A stretch of DNA of 64,000 bases, taken from assembly GCA_028697555.1 (NCBI GenBank), contig JAQVEX010000001.1:4585-68584 (forward strand). Direction: 5' to 3'. This DNA comes from Lentimicrobiaceae bacterium. GTDB taxonomy: Bacteria; Bacteroidota; Bacteroidia; Bacteroidales; UBA4417. Position numbers and translations under genes: made by a program. The notes under the pieces are model-generated. The model searched no databases, was not told the origin of the DNA, and was given only the letters and a program-made list of their open reading frames with translations. Positions 16,689 through 26,200 of this stretch are shown one piece after another (the stretch's first letter is position 1; each line of letters begins with the position of its first letter).

Positions 16689-17549
16689 TTATTTTACAAT
16701 ATGTTTTTCGGCGTGATAGCTGCTTCTGACAAGAGGTTTGCTTTCGACAAATTCAAAACCGATATCTAAGCCTACTTTTCTATATTTTTCAAATTGCTCA
16801 GGAGTAACGTATTCTTTTACAGGCAAATGATTTGGCGTGGGTTGAAGATATTGTCCTACTGTAAAAATCTTGCAGCCGGCATTGTATAAGTCTTGCATTG
16901 TTTCAACCACTTCGTCAAAAGTTTCGCCCAAGCCAACCATAATTCCTGATTTTGTTCTAACACCGTTATCAGCCATATATTTAAGCACTTTGAGGCTGGT
17001 TTCGTATTTTGCGGCACTACGCACAAGAGGCGTAAGCTGTCGTGTTGTTTCCATATTGTGCGAAATAATATCGGGTTTGGCGTCAATAACTTGCTGTACA
17101 AGGTCGGTATTGCCTTTAAAGTCGGGAATAAGAGTTTCTATTGTCGTTTCCGGACATTTGAGTTTGATTTTTCTAACCGTTTCCGCCCATATTGCAGCAC
17201 CGCCGTCGGGGAGGTCGTCTCTATCAACCGAAGTGATAACAACATGTTTGAGATTTAAAAACTTAACCGAGTCGGCAATGTTGTCGGGTTCATTTTGGTC
17301 GGGAGGCAAAGGTTTACCTGTCATCGTAGCACAAAACTTGCAGCTGCGAGTACATATTTCGCCGAGTATCATAAAGGTTGCCGTGCCTGCGTTCCAACAT
17401 TCGCCCATGTTAGGGCATTTGCCGCTGGTACATATAGTGTGTAAGCCTTTGGCTTCTATTATCGACTTCACTTTGAGGTAGTTGTCGCCTTTTGGAAGTT
17501 TAATTTTAAGCCAATCAGGCTTGCGTAAAGGCTGTTCTGATTGTTTCAT
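16689..17549 (-). CDS. lipA: lipoyl synthase
   Basis: 286 aa. CPNMGECW auxiliary cluster motif and CTRSCKFC radical-SAM motif. Confidence 0.95.
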   Translation of the reverse strand: MKQSEQPLRKPDWLKIKLPKGDNYLKVKSIIEAKGLHTICTSGKCPNMGECWNAGTATFMILGEICTRSCKFCATMTGKPLPPDQNEPDNIADSVKFLNLKHVVITSVDRDDLPDGGAAIWAETVRKIKLKCPETTIETLIPDFKGNTDLVQQVIDAKPDIISHNMETTRQLTPLVRSAAKYETSLKVLKYMADNGVRTKSGIMVGLGETFDEVVETMQDLYNAGCKIFTVGQYLQPTPNHLPVKEYVTPEQFEKYRKVGLDIGFEFVESKPLVRSSYHAEKHIVK

Positions 17550-17661
17550 TTTGCAAAAATAAAATATTGGAGTTATTAACGGCTTAACGAGCTGATTTAT
17601 TTTTATTGCTGTAGGATAATACCTTAAAAAAATAGTTCTGCGGCTTATGTTTAATGCCTTT

Positions 17662-17927
17662 GGCTCTTAGCCTTTAGCTTTTGGCTTTTTTGTGGTTGGT
17701 GGTTGGTGATGGGTGATGGATGATGGGTGATGGATGATGGGTGATGGATGATGGGTGATGGGTGATGGGTGATGGGTGATGGATGATGGGTGATGGGTGA
17801 TGGGTGATGGGTGAGTTTTGAGTTATGAGTTAAGAGTCAGGAGTTGATCCCGAATTTTCGGGACGAAACTCTAAACTAGGAACTCGAAACTAACTCGTAC
17901 CCCGCAACTCACAACGCCAACAGCAAT
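17662..17927. repeat. heptamer array, 38 units, including 16 consecutive GGRTGAK units (17704-17815) and the core TCCCGAATTTTCGGGA (17848-17863)
   Basis: GGCTCTT AGCCTTT AGCTTTT GGCTTTT TTGTGGT TGGTGGT TGGTGAT then GGGTGAT/GGATGAT units, then GGGTGAG TTTTGAG TTATGAG TTAAGAG TCAGGAG TTGATCC CGAATTT TCGGGAC GAAACTC TAAACTA GGAACTC GAAACTA ACTCGTA CCCCGCA ACTCACA ACGCCAA CAGCAAT. Confidence 0.9.
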
Positions 17928-17951
17928 TTATTTTATAATATTAGTCTATTT

Positions 17952-18683
17952 TCACACTTTACTCACATCGTCGTTGTTATCAGACGAGTCTTCATCTAAG
18001 AACTTCATATTGTTTGGGTTAAATGGGCTCTTGGAACGGTGTTCGCGAACGTATTTGAAACCGACTCTGTACAGGTAAAATACATAAGGAATAAAAATCA
18101 ACAACATTAAGTTGTATCCTGTCATCAAAAAGAAATCGTAAAGTCCGTGTAACATCCACGGAACAACGAATGCCAATGTTGAATACCTGCTTTTTTTGCC
18201 GTCTTTTTTAAATTTAGCCAATCCGAGATAGTAACCCATGGTAACTCCAAATATAGCGTGAGCCGGCACAGCCGTAATAGCTCTTAGCAATCCGACGTTA
18301 AGAGAGTTTTCGGAAAACACGTACATTATGTTTTCAACGCAAGCAAAACCCAAGCTTACAGAAACGGCATATACAATGCCATCGAACTTTTCGTTAAACT
18401 CTTTGCTGCGCCAAAACAGTATTATTGTAGCTAAAAATTTAAACAACTCTTCGGAAAAGCCGGCAACAATAAAGCCATCGTAAAAAGCCGACATTATTTT
18501 ATTTCCTTCAAAAATATTTAGCAAACCCAAAAACTGCTCAAGAAAAATGACTGGAATAATTATAAAAATTCCACCTACAAAGCCTTTAATTACAAGGCGT
18601 ATAGGCTCTCTTTCGTATTTATCGGAAAAATAAATATAAAATAGGATTATTAATACTGGGGCAATGGCTATTGTGAAGAGCAT
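17952..18683 (-). CDS. PrsW-family intramembrane metalloprotease
   Basis: 243 aa, polytopic. EELFKF, HAIFG and HGLYDF motifs. Confidence 0.7.
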   Translation of the reverse strand: MLFTIAIAPVLIILFYIYFSDKYEREPIRLVIKGFVGGIFIIIPVIFLEQFLGLLNIFEGNKIMSAFYDGFIVAGFSEELFKFLATIILFWRSKEFNEKFDGIVYAVSVSLGFACVENIMYVFSENSLNVGLLRAITAVPAHAIFGVTMGYYLGLAKFKKDGKKSRYSTLAFVVPWMLHGLYDFFLMTGYNLMLLIFIPYVFYLYRVGFKYVREHRSKSPFNPNNMKFLDEDSSDNNDDVSKV

Positions 18684-18706
18684 AAAGTTTTTTTACGAAT
18701 AAATAT

Positions 18707-19279
18707 TTATTTTGTGTTCAAAATTTGTTCAAGTAGGTGTTCATACCATTCTTTGCCGTACTTTTCAATCAGGGGTTCTTTTAAGAAAATGTACAAAGGT
18801 ACGTTATCAGCTTCTCCTTTAACCAAAGCATCTTGACATATGTACCATTTTTGGTAATTAACCACTTCGGTTCCGTCGCTGAGTTTGCTGAGCCTTATAG
18901 GGTATAAAAAGCAAGATATAGGTTTTCTGAAATTGATTTTTCCATCTCTGAATGCTTTTTCTATGGCACATAAAGCAATATCACCATCGTAAACCATGAA
19001 AGTACAGGCTCCTTTTTCTTTCAGAGAAGTAACAAATTCTCCATCATCATCGTAATCAAAGGTTCCGTACTTCTCCAACGCTTCTAAGCCTTCTTTATCC
19101 ATGTATTGTTTGATGATTTCGATATTTTCTTCGATAGTTTCAATTTCCGTTTCTAAAATAGGAGCTCCGGCATCGCCTTCGATGCAACATATCCCTTTGC
19201 AGGCTTTAAGGTCGCAGCTGAATTTAACATATTCTATGTCGTCGCTAACGAGTACATTATCAACTATAATCATTTTCAT
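18707..19279 (-). CDS. DUF3109-family Cys-rich protein
   Basis: 190 aa. N-terminal CDLKACKGICCIEGDAGAP pattern as remembered for DUF3109. Confidence 0.55.
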   Translation of the reverse strand: MKMIIVDNVLVSDDIEYVKFSCDLKACKGICCIEGDAGAPILETEIETIEENIEIIKQYMDKEGLEALEKYGTFDYDDDGEFVTSLKEKGACTFMVYDGDIALCAIEKAFRDGKINFRKPISCFLYPIRLSKLSDGTEVVNYQKWYICQDALVKGEADNVPLYIFLKEPLIEKYGKEWYEHLLEQILNTK

Positions 19280-19920
19280 TAATATTGTAAAAACGGATTA
19301 TTATTTTTTTCATGTTCTATGGTAGATGCAGGACCATGTCCGGGGTAAACAACGTAACTGCCGTCTAATGAGAGCAATTCTCGTTCTATACTTTCTAAAA
19401 GCGTGTTGTGGTCGCCGGTAGGTAAGTCGCTTCTGCCAATGCTACAGTTAAAAAGCACATCGCCGGTTATAACGTATTTTTCCTTGTGGTTTACTAAGCA
19501 AATACTGCCGTCGGCGTGTCCGGGAGTGTATCGTACTTCAAGTTCGGTATCGCCGAATTTAACAATGTCGCCGTGATTTAAAAATTCACCTGGATCTCCT
19601 ATGGGTTCCAATTTTAATCCCATAACTGAGCCGAACTCTTTTGCAGTATCTATAAAAAGTTTGCTCTTTGGGTGACACAAATAGGGAATATTCCATTTTT
19701 TTTGAACAAAATTATTGCCCAAAATATGATCGACGTGCATATGCGTATATACTATTTTGACAGGTTTAAGATTGTTTTCGCTGATATATTCGGATAAAAT
19801 ATTTTCTTCGTATTCTCCGTAACAACCCGGATCAATAATTACACAACTGTTGTCGGATGAAGAAATTACATATGTATTTACCTGTACAGGATTGAAAACT
19901 AAAGTGTTAATTTTGCTCAT
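19279..19920 (-). CDS. MBL-fold metallo-hydrolase (glyoxalase II-like)
   Basis: 213 aa. HMHVDHILG (HxHxDH), TPGHADGS, GHG motifs. Confidence 0.8.
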   Translation of the reverse strand: MSKINTLVFNPVQVNTYVISSSDNSCVIIDPGCYGEYEENILSEYISENNLKPVKIVYTHMHVDHILGNNFVQKKWNIPYLCHPKSKLFIDTAKEFGSVMGLKLEPIGDPGEFLNHGDIVKFGDTELEVRYTPGHADGSICLVNHKEKYVITGDVLFNCSIGRSDLPTGDHNTLLESIERELLSLDGSYVVYPGHGPASTIEHEKNNNPFLQY

Positions 19921-20073
19921 ATTATGTTTTGTGTTAGTGTTAAAATGTAGTGTACAAGGTGTTTGTTCACCTTATTTGCTACTTATTCTACAAAAATAAA
20001 ATTTTTACAAATATAGGGTTTTGTTAATCATGGGAAGATTAACCTTGATAAATTATTGTAATCTGTTTTATAG

Positions 20074-20199
20074 TTGGCTGTTAGCTTTTAGCCATTAGCT
20101 CTTGGCTCTTGGATATGATTAGCCAACGGCTAACAGCCAAAAGCCAAAGGCTAATTGTTCATTGCTCATTGCTCATTGCTCATTGCCACCACCCACCAC
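20074..20199. repeat. heptamer array, 18 units, ending 3 nt before the stop of the upstream-strand gene
   Basis: TTGGCTG TTAGCTT TTAGCCA TTAGCTC TTGGCTC TTGGATA TGATTAG CCAACGG CTAACAG CCAAAAG CCAAAGG CTAATTG TTCATTG CTCATTG x3 CCACCAC x2. Confidence 0.85.
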
Positions 20200-20202
20200 C
20201 AG

Positions 20203-21345
20203 CTATTGATTAAACTTCAACTTCAATTCTTCAATCGCTTTACCTATCTCATTTTTAGCGTCAGTATCCTTTTCTGTTTTATGAGCGGAAATTAAGTCGG
20301 GCAGGTAAGTTAGGTAGCCCATATCCGAAATATATTTGGCAGCACAAACTCTTACATCAGCAGAACTGTCGTACACAAGACCTTGCACCCATCGTTTGGC
20401 ACTCCACGAGTTGTTTTCTTTAAGCCATTGCAAAGCATCCGTTTTTTGTGAGGGTGTACCTTTTAGCAGTGTCGAATAAAAGGATTGCTCCTTTTTAAGC
20501 ATTTCTATTGTAAATAAAATCTCCTTATTGAAAACGTATGGATTAACAGTTTCGGCAGGGTACGAGACAAGAGGTTTTCCAACAACAAACCTTACCATAC
20601 GGGGAATCATCCACTGCATTCCCGGAGTTGCTTCTGGATGTGCTATGCAGCTAAATACCAAACCTTTACCGTAGCTATTTGATATAAAAAACGGTTTATC
20701 GTTTGTCATATTTGCAGGTGCGTTGCCTTCTTCGTGTACATCACTTTCCATTATTGCCAATACCTCGTATTTGATGGTATCATCGGGAGCTTCGACAAAA
20801 ACAGGACCTTCGTAGTACATCACATAAGACATTGAATCGTTGGCAATTTCAGGAAATATTTGTTTTCCTGCGGGACTTAATGAAAATTTGGCTACACCGT
20901 GCCCTCTGTTGTCGTGTTCAATATCAATAGCCATTGCACCATTGATACTTATGCAAGAATAGTCGGGAGTATTGGAAAATAGATACGCTCCGGCGCAAAT
21001 ACCAACGGCTCCGCCTCCTTCGGTAACAAATTCCTTTATTCTCTCAATATTATTGTGTCCCAAATTCAGATACTGTCTGCTACCACCACCGCCGGGTATT
21101 ATTATAGCGTCTAACGAATCGAGAACTCCGTTTGCAATATCTGCCGAAGTAATATATCTAACAATCATTTCGTTATCGATTTGCACAGCAGCATAGGCTT
21201 CCCATTGGCAAACTTCGGCTCCGCCGTGACCTTTAAAAACACCGACTTTAATTTTATTGTCGTTTTCTGTGTTAATAGTACGATTGCACGATGCAATGCA
21301 TAAAATAGAAAGGAGTAAAATTAATAATACTGATGTTTTTTTCAT
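20203..21345 (-). CDS. lipoprotein with class-I glutamine-amidotransferase-like/BPL_N-type domain and C-terminal HEAT-like helical repeats
   Basis: 380 aa. Lipobox LCIASC. IIIPGGGGSRQ...GGGAVGICAGAYL resembles a BPL_N/GATase1 fold. Helical tail. Confidence 0.5.
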   Translation of the reverse strand: MKKTSVLLILLLSILCIASCNRTINTENDNKIKVGVFKGHGGAEVCQWEAYAAVQIDNEMIVRYITSADIANGVLDSLDAIIIPGGGGSRQYLNLGHNNIERIKEFVTEGGGAVGICAGAYLFSNTPDYSCISINGAMAIDIEHDNRGHGVAKFSLSPAGKQIFPEIANDSMSYVMYYEGPVFVEAPDDTIKYEVLAIMESDVHEEGNAPANMTNDKPFFISNSYGKGLVFSCIAHPEATPGMQWMIPRMVRFVVGKPLVSYPAETVNPYVFNKEILFTIEMLKKEQSFYSTLLKGTPSQKTDALQWLKENNSWSAKRWVQGLVYDSSADVRVCAAKYISDMGYLTYLPDLISAHKTEKDTDAKNEIGKAIEELKLKFNQ

Positions 21346-21361
21346 AAAAATGAGTTTTGCT

Positions 21362-22900
21362 TTATTGTTTCAAAAATTTAGAATACTTAACGCCGTTATT
21401 TGTTGCAACACTTAAAATATACGTTCCTTTTGGTAGAAAACTTACGTTGATGCAATTGTTCGAATACGGTCTATCGTAAAGTATTTTTCCGTCTAAATCA
21501 ACAATTTGCACATTTCCTATAACAGTTATTTTATCTGTATTAATGTAAATATTGTCGGATGCAGGATTAGGATATATTTTTACATTATCAATAAAATCAA
21601 GGTTTGTACCGATGTTCACATCATTATGTAGTCTGAGAGCAAAGAAATGTATATTATCCATATCCGGCGATGTTGAGCCCGACATAACTATTTTTCCGTC
21701 TTGTTGTAGTACAACACCACTTGCTTGGTCTTCTTGTCCAACCACATCATAAATTGCAATTCCGTTATTACCGAAAGAATTATCAACAGTGCCGTCTTCA
21801 AGGTATCTTACAGCAAAAATATTGTATGTTTTATAATCTACATATTCTCCTACAACAATAATTTTACCGTCGGGCTGTATAGTAAATCCTTTACAATAAT
21901 TTTCGCCATTAACAATGTTGGTTTTAACAATTCCATTGTTTCCAAAAGAGATGTCAGGATTTCCGTTTTCATCAAGTTGAACCAATGCTACATCGTATTT
22001 CAAAAACGGGTCATTTGTAATCCACGTGTGACCGCCAACCAAAATTTTGCCGTTTTTTAAAACTTTTAATTTAGTTGAATAATCGTTTCCATAACCTACT
22101 TTAATTTTAGAAACTCCAAGTTCTCCAAAGGTAACATCCAATTCGCCGTTTTCGGTAAAACGAGCAATCGTAAAAATGGGATTATTTCCGTCAAAGCTCA
22201 TTCCGGCAACAACAATTTTTCCATCATTTTGAAGGTCAATTGCTTTGACAAAGCTCATATAGTACTCCATTCCAAGAATTGCAAATCCGTTTGTGCCAAA
22301 TGTATAATCTACAGTTCCGTTGCTGTTATATCTAACAACTACAAATCTGTCTCCTGCATAGCCGCCGGTTACTATCTTGCCGTCGGGCTGGATAACACAG
22401 GCTTCAGCAATATTGTCCATATTGCCTATGTCGGTTGTAACACTTCCTGCGTTTCCAAATGTAAGGTCAGGACTTCCGTCTTCGTTAAATCTCCATACGC
22501 GTTCGTCTGTAGGTCCGTAAAGCGAATAGTTATGTCCTGCTACTACAATTTTCCCGTCAGACTGAATTTGAATGGCATTTCCATATTCTGAAACATCTGA
22601 TTCCCCGACAATAACAATACCGTTATTTCCGAAACTTAAATCCAAAGAACCATCAGTATCATACCTTACAAGTACCATATCTTTATAGGCTCCGGCAGAA
22701 TTGGTATGACCTACAAGAACGCATTTGCCGTCCTGTTGTATTGCAATACCGCTTGTTTGGCTATAATGATTGGGTGAAATTTGGGTAATGGCAAAACCGT
22801 TGCCAAAATCGCCGTAGCTAACATCAATTGCTCCGGCATTTTGCCCAGAAACAACTACGGATGAAATAATAAAAGTTAAAGTTAGTATTAGTGTTCTCAT
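21362..22900 (-). CDS. delta-60-repeat (beta-propeller-like) protein with T9SS type-A C-terminal domain
   Basis: ORF 21362..22918; start set at ATG 22900..22898 (MRTLILTLTFI signal). About 9 repeats of [ST]FGNNG[IV]...DGKI[VL]V[AG]G. C-terminal YPNPASDNIYI...KGTYILSV sorting domain. Confidence 0.65.
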   Translation of the reverse strand: MRTLILTLTFIISSVVVSGQNAGAIDVSYGDFGNGFAITQISPNHYSQTSGIAIQQDGKCVLVGHTNSAGAYKDMVLVRYDTDGSLDLSFGNNGIVIVGESDVSEYGNAIQIQSDGKIVVAGHNYSLYGPTDERVWRFNEDGSPDLTFGNAGSVTTDIGNMDNIAEACVIQPDGKIVTGGYAGDRFVVVRYNSNGTVDYTFGTNGFAILGMEYYMSFVKAIDLQNDGKIVVAGMSFDGNNPIFTIARFTENGELDVTFGELGVSKIKVGYGNDYSTKLKVLKNGKILVGGHTWITNDPFLKYDVALVQLDENGNPDISFGNNGIVKTNIVNGENYCKGFTIQPDGKIIVVGEYVDYKTYNIFAVRYLEDGTVDNSFGNNGIAIYDVVGQEDQASGVVLQQDGKIVMSGSTSPDMDNIHFFALRLHNDVNIGTNLDFIDNVKIYPNPASDNIYINTDKITVIGNVQIVDLDGKILYDRPYSNNCINVSFLPKGTYILSVATNNGVKYSKFLKQ

Positions 22901-23067
22901 AGTAAAATTTTTTAGCAAAAGTAAAACATATTCAATAAAAAATTAAAAAGTAAGTAAAAGTATTTAAAAAATATTTTTTCGGAAATCCGTATTTAATCGA
23001 CTGTTGAAACAACTTTTGTGCGAAGTCGAATCGTAAAAAAAAACATATAAAAAAAATAGTATTAAAA

Positions 23068-23102
23068 TTTGTAAGTTTCGTTTGTAAAATTTTTTACCTT
23101 TG
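23068..23102 (+). promoter_or_regulatory. weak candidate promoter for the SusC/SusD locus
   Basis: TTTG (23068-23071), 23-nt spacer (longer than typical), TACCTTTG (23095-23102). This would give a ~170-nt leader. Confidence 0.3.
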
Positions 23103-23277
23103 CGTTTAATAAATGTTAAAATTATGTTAAACATTGAATTATTTGTCAGATGTATTATTGATATATGACAATTCTAACAATGTTGGCGTAAGTAGTTGGG
23201 ATATGGGTTTGGTAAACATTTATATTGTTAAGGAAAGTAGAATATAAACTCAATGCATAACCAAAAATTATTAATTA

Positions 23278-26200
23278 ATGAAAAGAATAATTACCCCACT
23301 ACTGATAGCGATAAGTTTATTATTTTCGCAAGTAGCATTAAGCCAAATTATTAGCGTTTCAGGTACGGTTATATCAGGCGATGATGACTTAACTTTGCCT
23401 GGCGTTACTATCCAAATTAAAGGGCAACCCGGAGTAGGTACCATATCGGATATAGATGGTAAATACAACATACAGGTTGATTCAAAAGGGACATTGGTGT
23501 TTAGTTATATTGGATTTGAAACCCTTGAAGTCCCTGTGAAAGGAAGGAACACTATTGATATTGTTTTAGCTGTCGATTCAAAGGTTTTAGGCGAGGTTGT
23601 TGTTACAGCCTTGGGTATTAAGCGTCAAAAAAGAGAATTAGGTTATTCTACCGATGAAATTGACGGAGATTTAATTGCCCAGTCGGGGAGCGACAACGTA
23701 ATTAGTGCACTTAGCGGTCGTTCTGCAGGTATTCAAATTGTCAACCCTACCGGTGTCGATGGCAGTTCTTCCCGAATCCTAATCAGAGGTAACAATAGTA
23801 TTACGGGCAACAACCAGCCCCTAATTGTTGTTGACGGAGTCCCAATGTCTAACGAAGGAGGCATCAGCAGTTGGGAAGGAGGTAGAGACTGGGGAACAGC
23901 CCTAAACAATATCAACCAGGAGGATATTGAAGACATTAACATACTTAAAGGTCCAGCTGCTGCTGCTTTGTACGGCTCAAGAGGTGGTAACGGAGTTGTT
24001 CTGATTACGACCAAAAAAGGGAAAAAGCAAAGCGGCTTGGGTGTTAATTATTCAATGAGCTACAGAATAACGACTCCATATTTATACAGAGAGGTGCAAA
24101 ACAAGTACGGAGCTGGCTGTCCTGCATCATTCAACAAGCCCGTATTACAAAAAAATAACGACGGAGTTTATATTTATCCCGGAATATACAACACCGACGA
24201 CGGACCCGAAGGTGAACCCACAAACACTACATTTGGTTATTATGGCAGCTCCGTTTCGTGGGGACCCGAAATGGACGGAACGGAAATTTTGTGGTGGGAC
24301 GGAGTTATGCGAAAATACTCGCCACAGCCCGATAATATCAGCAGATTATTTAAAAATGGGGGTTCTCTCACAAATAACATATCTATTTCAAACGCAGGCG
24401 AGTTTGGCTCGGTTAGGGTTTCACTTACCGACCAAAGATCCGACGCTATTATCGATAACACTAATTTGCGTCAAACAACTGTAAATGTCGGAACATCATT
24501 AAATGTATCGAAAAAAATAAAATCCGATATTTCGTTTACTTATTTGGATTACTCAAGACTAAATAGCCCCGAAATAGGTGAATCGTACAGCAACTTTTCA
24601 AAAGGCTTACTATATGGTTGGCCCCGTAGCTGGAAAGGCTTGGAATATGAAAAATATGAAAATCCCGACGGCTCTATGTTCGATTGGGGCAATTACGCAT
24701 ATTCTACGTATTTCCCGTACATGTACAGTTCAACATTTTGGAGTTTCTACAATAATAACACAACGCTTAACAGGAAAAAGGTTTTCGGCTCCATACGTTT
24801 ATCTTATGATATCAACGATTGGCTAAAAGCTACTGGTAAAATTGGTGTTGACTTCAGTCTTGATGAAATGGAAACCCGAAACAAACCAACTATGCCTGAT
24901 GGTATCACCGGTGGCGCGTACTCAAACGGCTTGACCAGAAATTACACAATGAATTCCGATTTCTTGATAACAGCTTATAAAAACAATCTGTTCGGACTAA
25001 AAATAAACGCCAGCCTATCTGCAGGAGCTGAGATGTTGTACGTAAACAACTACAACATTAATGGAAGGTCGGGAACGTGGGTATATCCAAATTTGTACAC
25101 ATTCTACAATTACACACATACACATCAGGTGCCTGGCGAATGGAGATACGAAAAACAAGTTAATTCAACCTATATGTTTTTCAACTTAGGTTACGACGAC
25201 TTTTTATTCCTTGATGTAACAGGCAGAAACGACTGGTCTTCTACCTTGCCTTCCAACAACAATAGCTATTTTTACCCTTCGGTAACATTGAGTTTTATAC
25301 CTACCGAAGCATTTGAAGAAATCAATTGGTATCCTGTTACGTTTTTCAAATTAAGAGGTGCATTTGCTATGACGGCAAGCGATGACGAACCTTACAAGTT
25401 AGATTTCACTTATTCTACCGGCAATTTTGCAGGAGCATCGTCTGCGTCATTACCTTGGTTAGTTCCACCGTTGGCACTTAAACCTCAACGTCAAAAATCG
25501 TGGGAGGTAGGAACAAACATCGAACTTATTAATAAGTTAGATTTCGATTTTACTTACTACTATATATACGCTTGGGATCAAATTTTTGATTCACCGCTAA
25601 CAAACTCGTCGGGTGCGGCAAGTGTTAGAACCAACTCGGGAGTCGTTACAAACAGAGGTTTGGAAGGTGTTTTGAATTATAAAATCATAGAACGTGCCGA
25701 CTTATGGCTCAAATCAGGAATTAACTTTGCACGAAACCGCAACAAAATCGATGATTTGGGAGGTGCAAATATTTATATACTTACTTCGCTATGGGGCAAC
25801 AACGGACCTGCTATTGCAGTTACCGAAGGCGATTATTACGGTACTATCTACGGTTGGGATTACGTATATTCGTACGTAGATGATAATGGCGAAACTATTG
25901 GACCATTCTACGATGCAAATGGTAAAGCCCTACCACTCCTTAACGACAAAGGCACCGAATATTTAAAGACAGACTCCAGAGTTGCCGTCGGAAACTCGGC
26001 TCCGTTTATTACCGGAGGTTTGAATTTCGCTTTAGGTTGGAATAATTTCACAATTTCCGGACTTATAGATACCAAAATAGGAGGCGATATTTATTGCGGT
26101 TCTTACGTTATCGCAATGCAAACAGGTCAGAGCCCTGAAACCCTGCACGAAAGAGATGGAAACGGATTGCCCTACTACGATGAAGATGGAAACTTTATAG

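Noticed and set aside
16870-17481. 203-aa plus-strand ORF antisense to lipA; similar long antisense ORFs occur in the Tyr-rich gene (35473-35787, 35879-36196), atpB (60430-60993), hemW, the histidine kinase gene, topA and atpA (62570-62911)
   Set aside because: All are fully nested antisense to genes with strong family motifs. Their translations are low-complexity with no recognisable domains, so they are typical shadow ORFs.
17662-17927. Heptamer arrays as CRISPR arrays or as coding heptad/peptide repeats
   Set aside because: The units are 7 nt and contiguous with no unique spacers, so they are not CRISPR. A 7-nt period cannot maintain a reading frame, and no long ORF crosses them.
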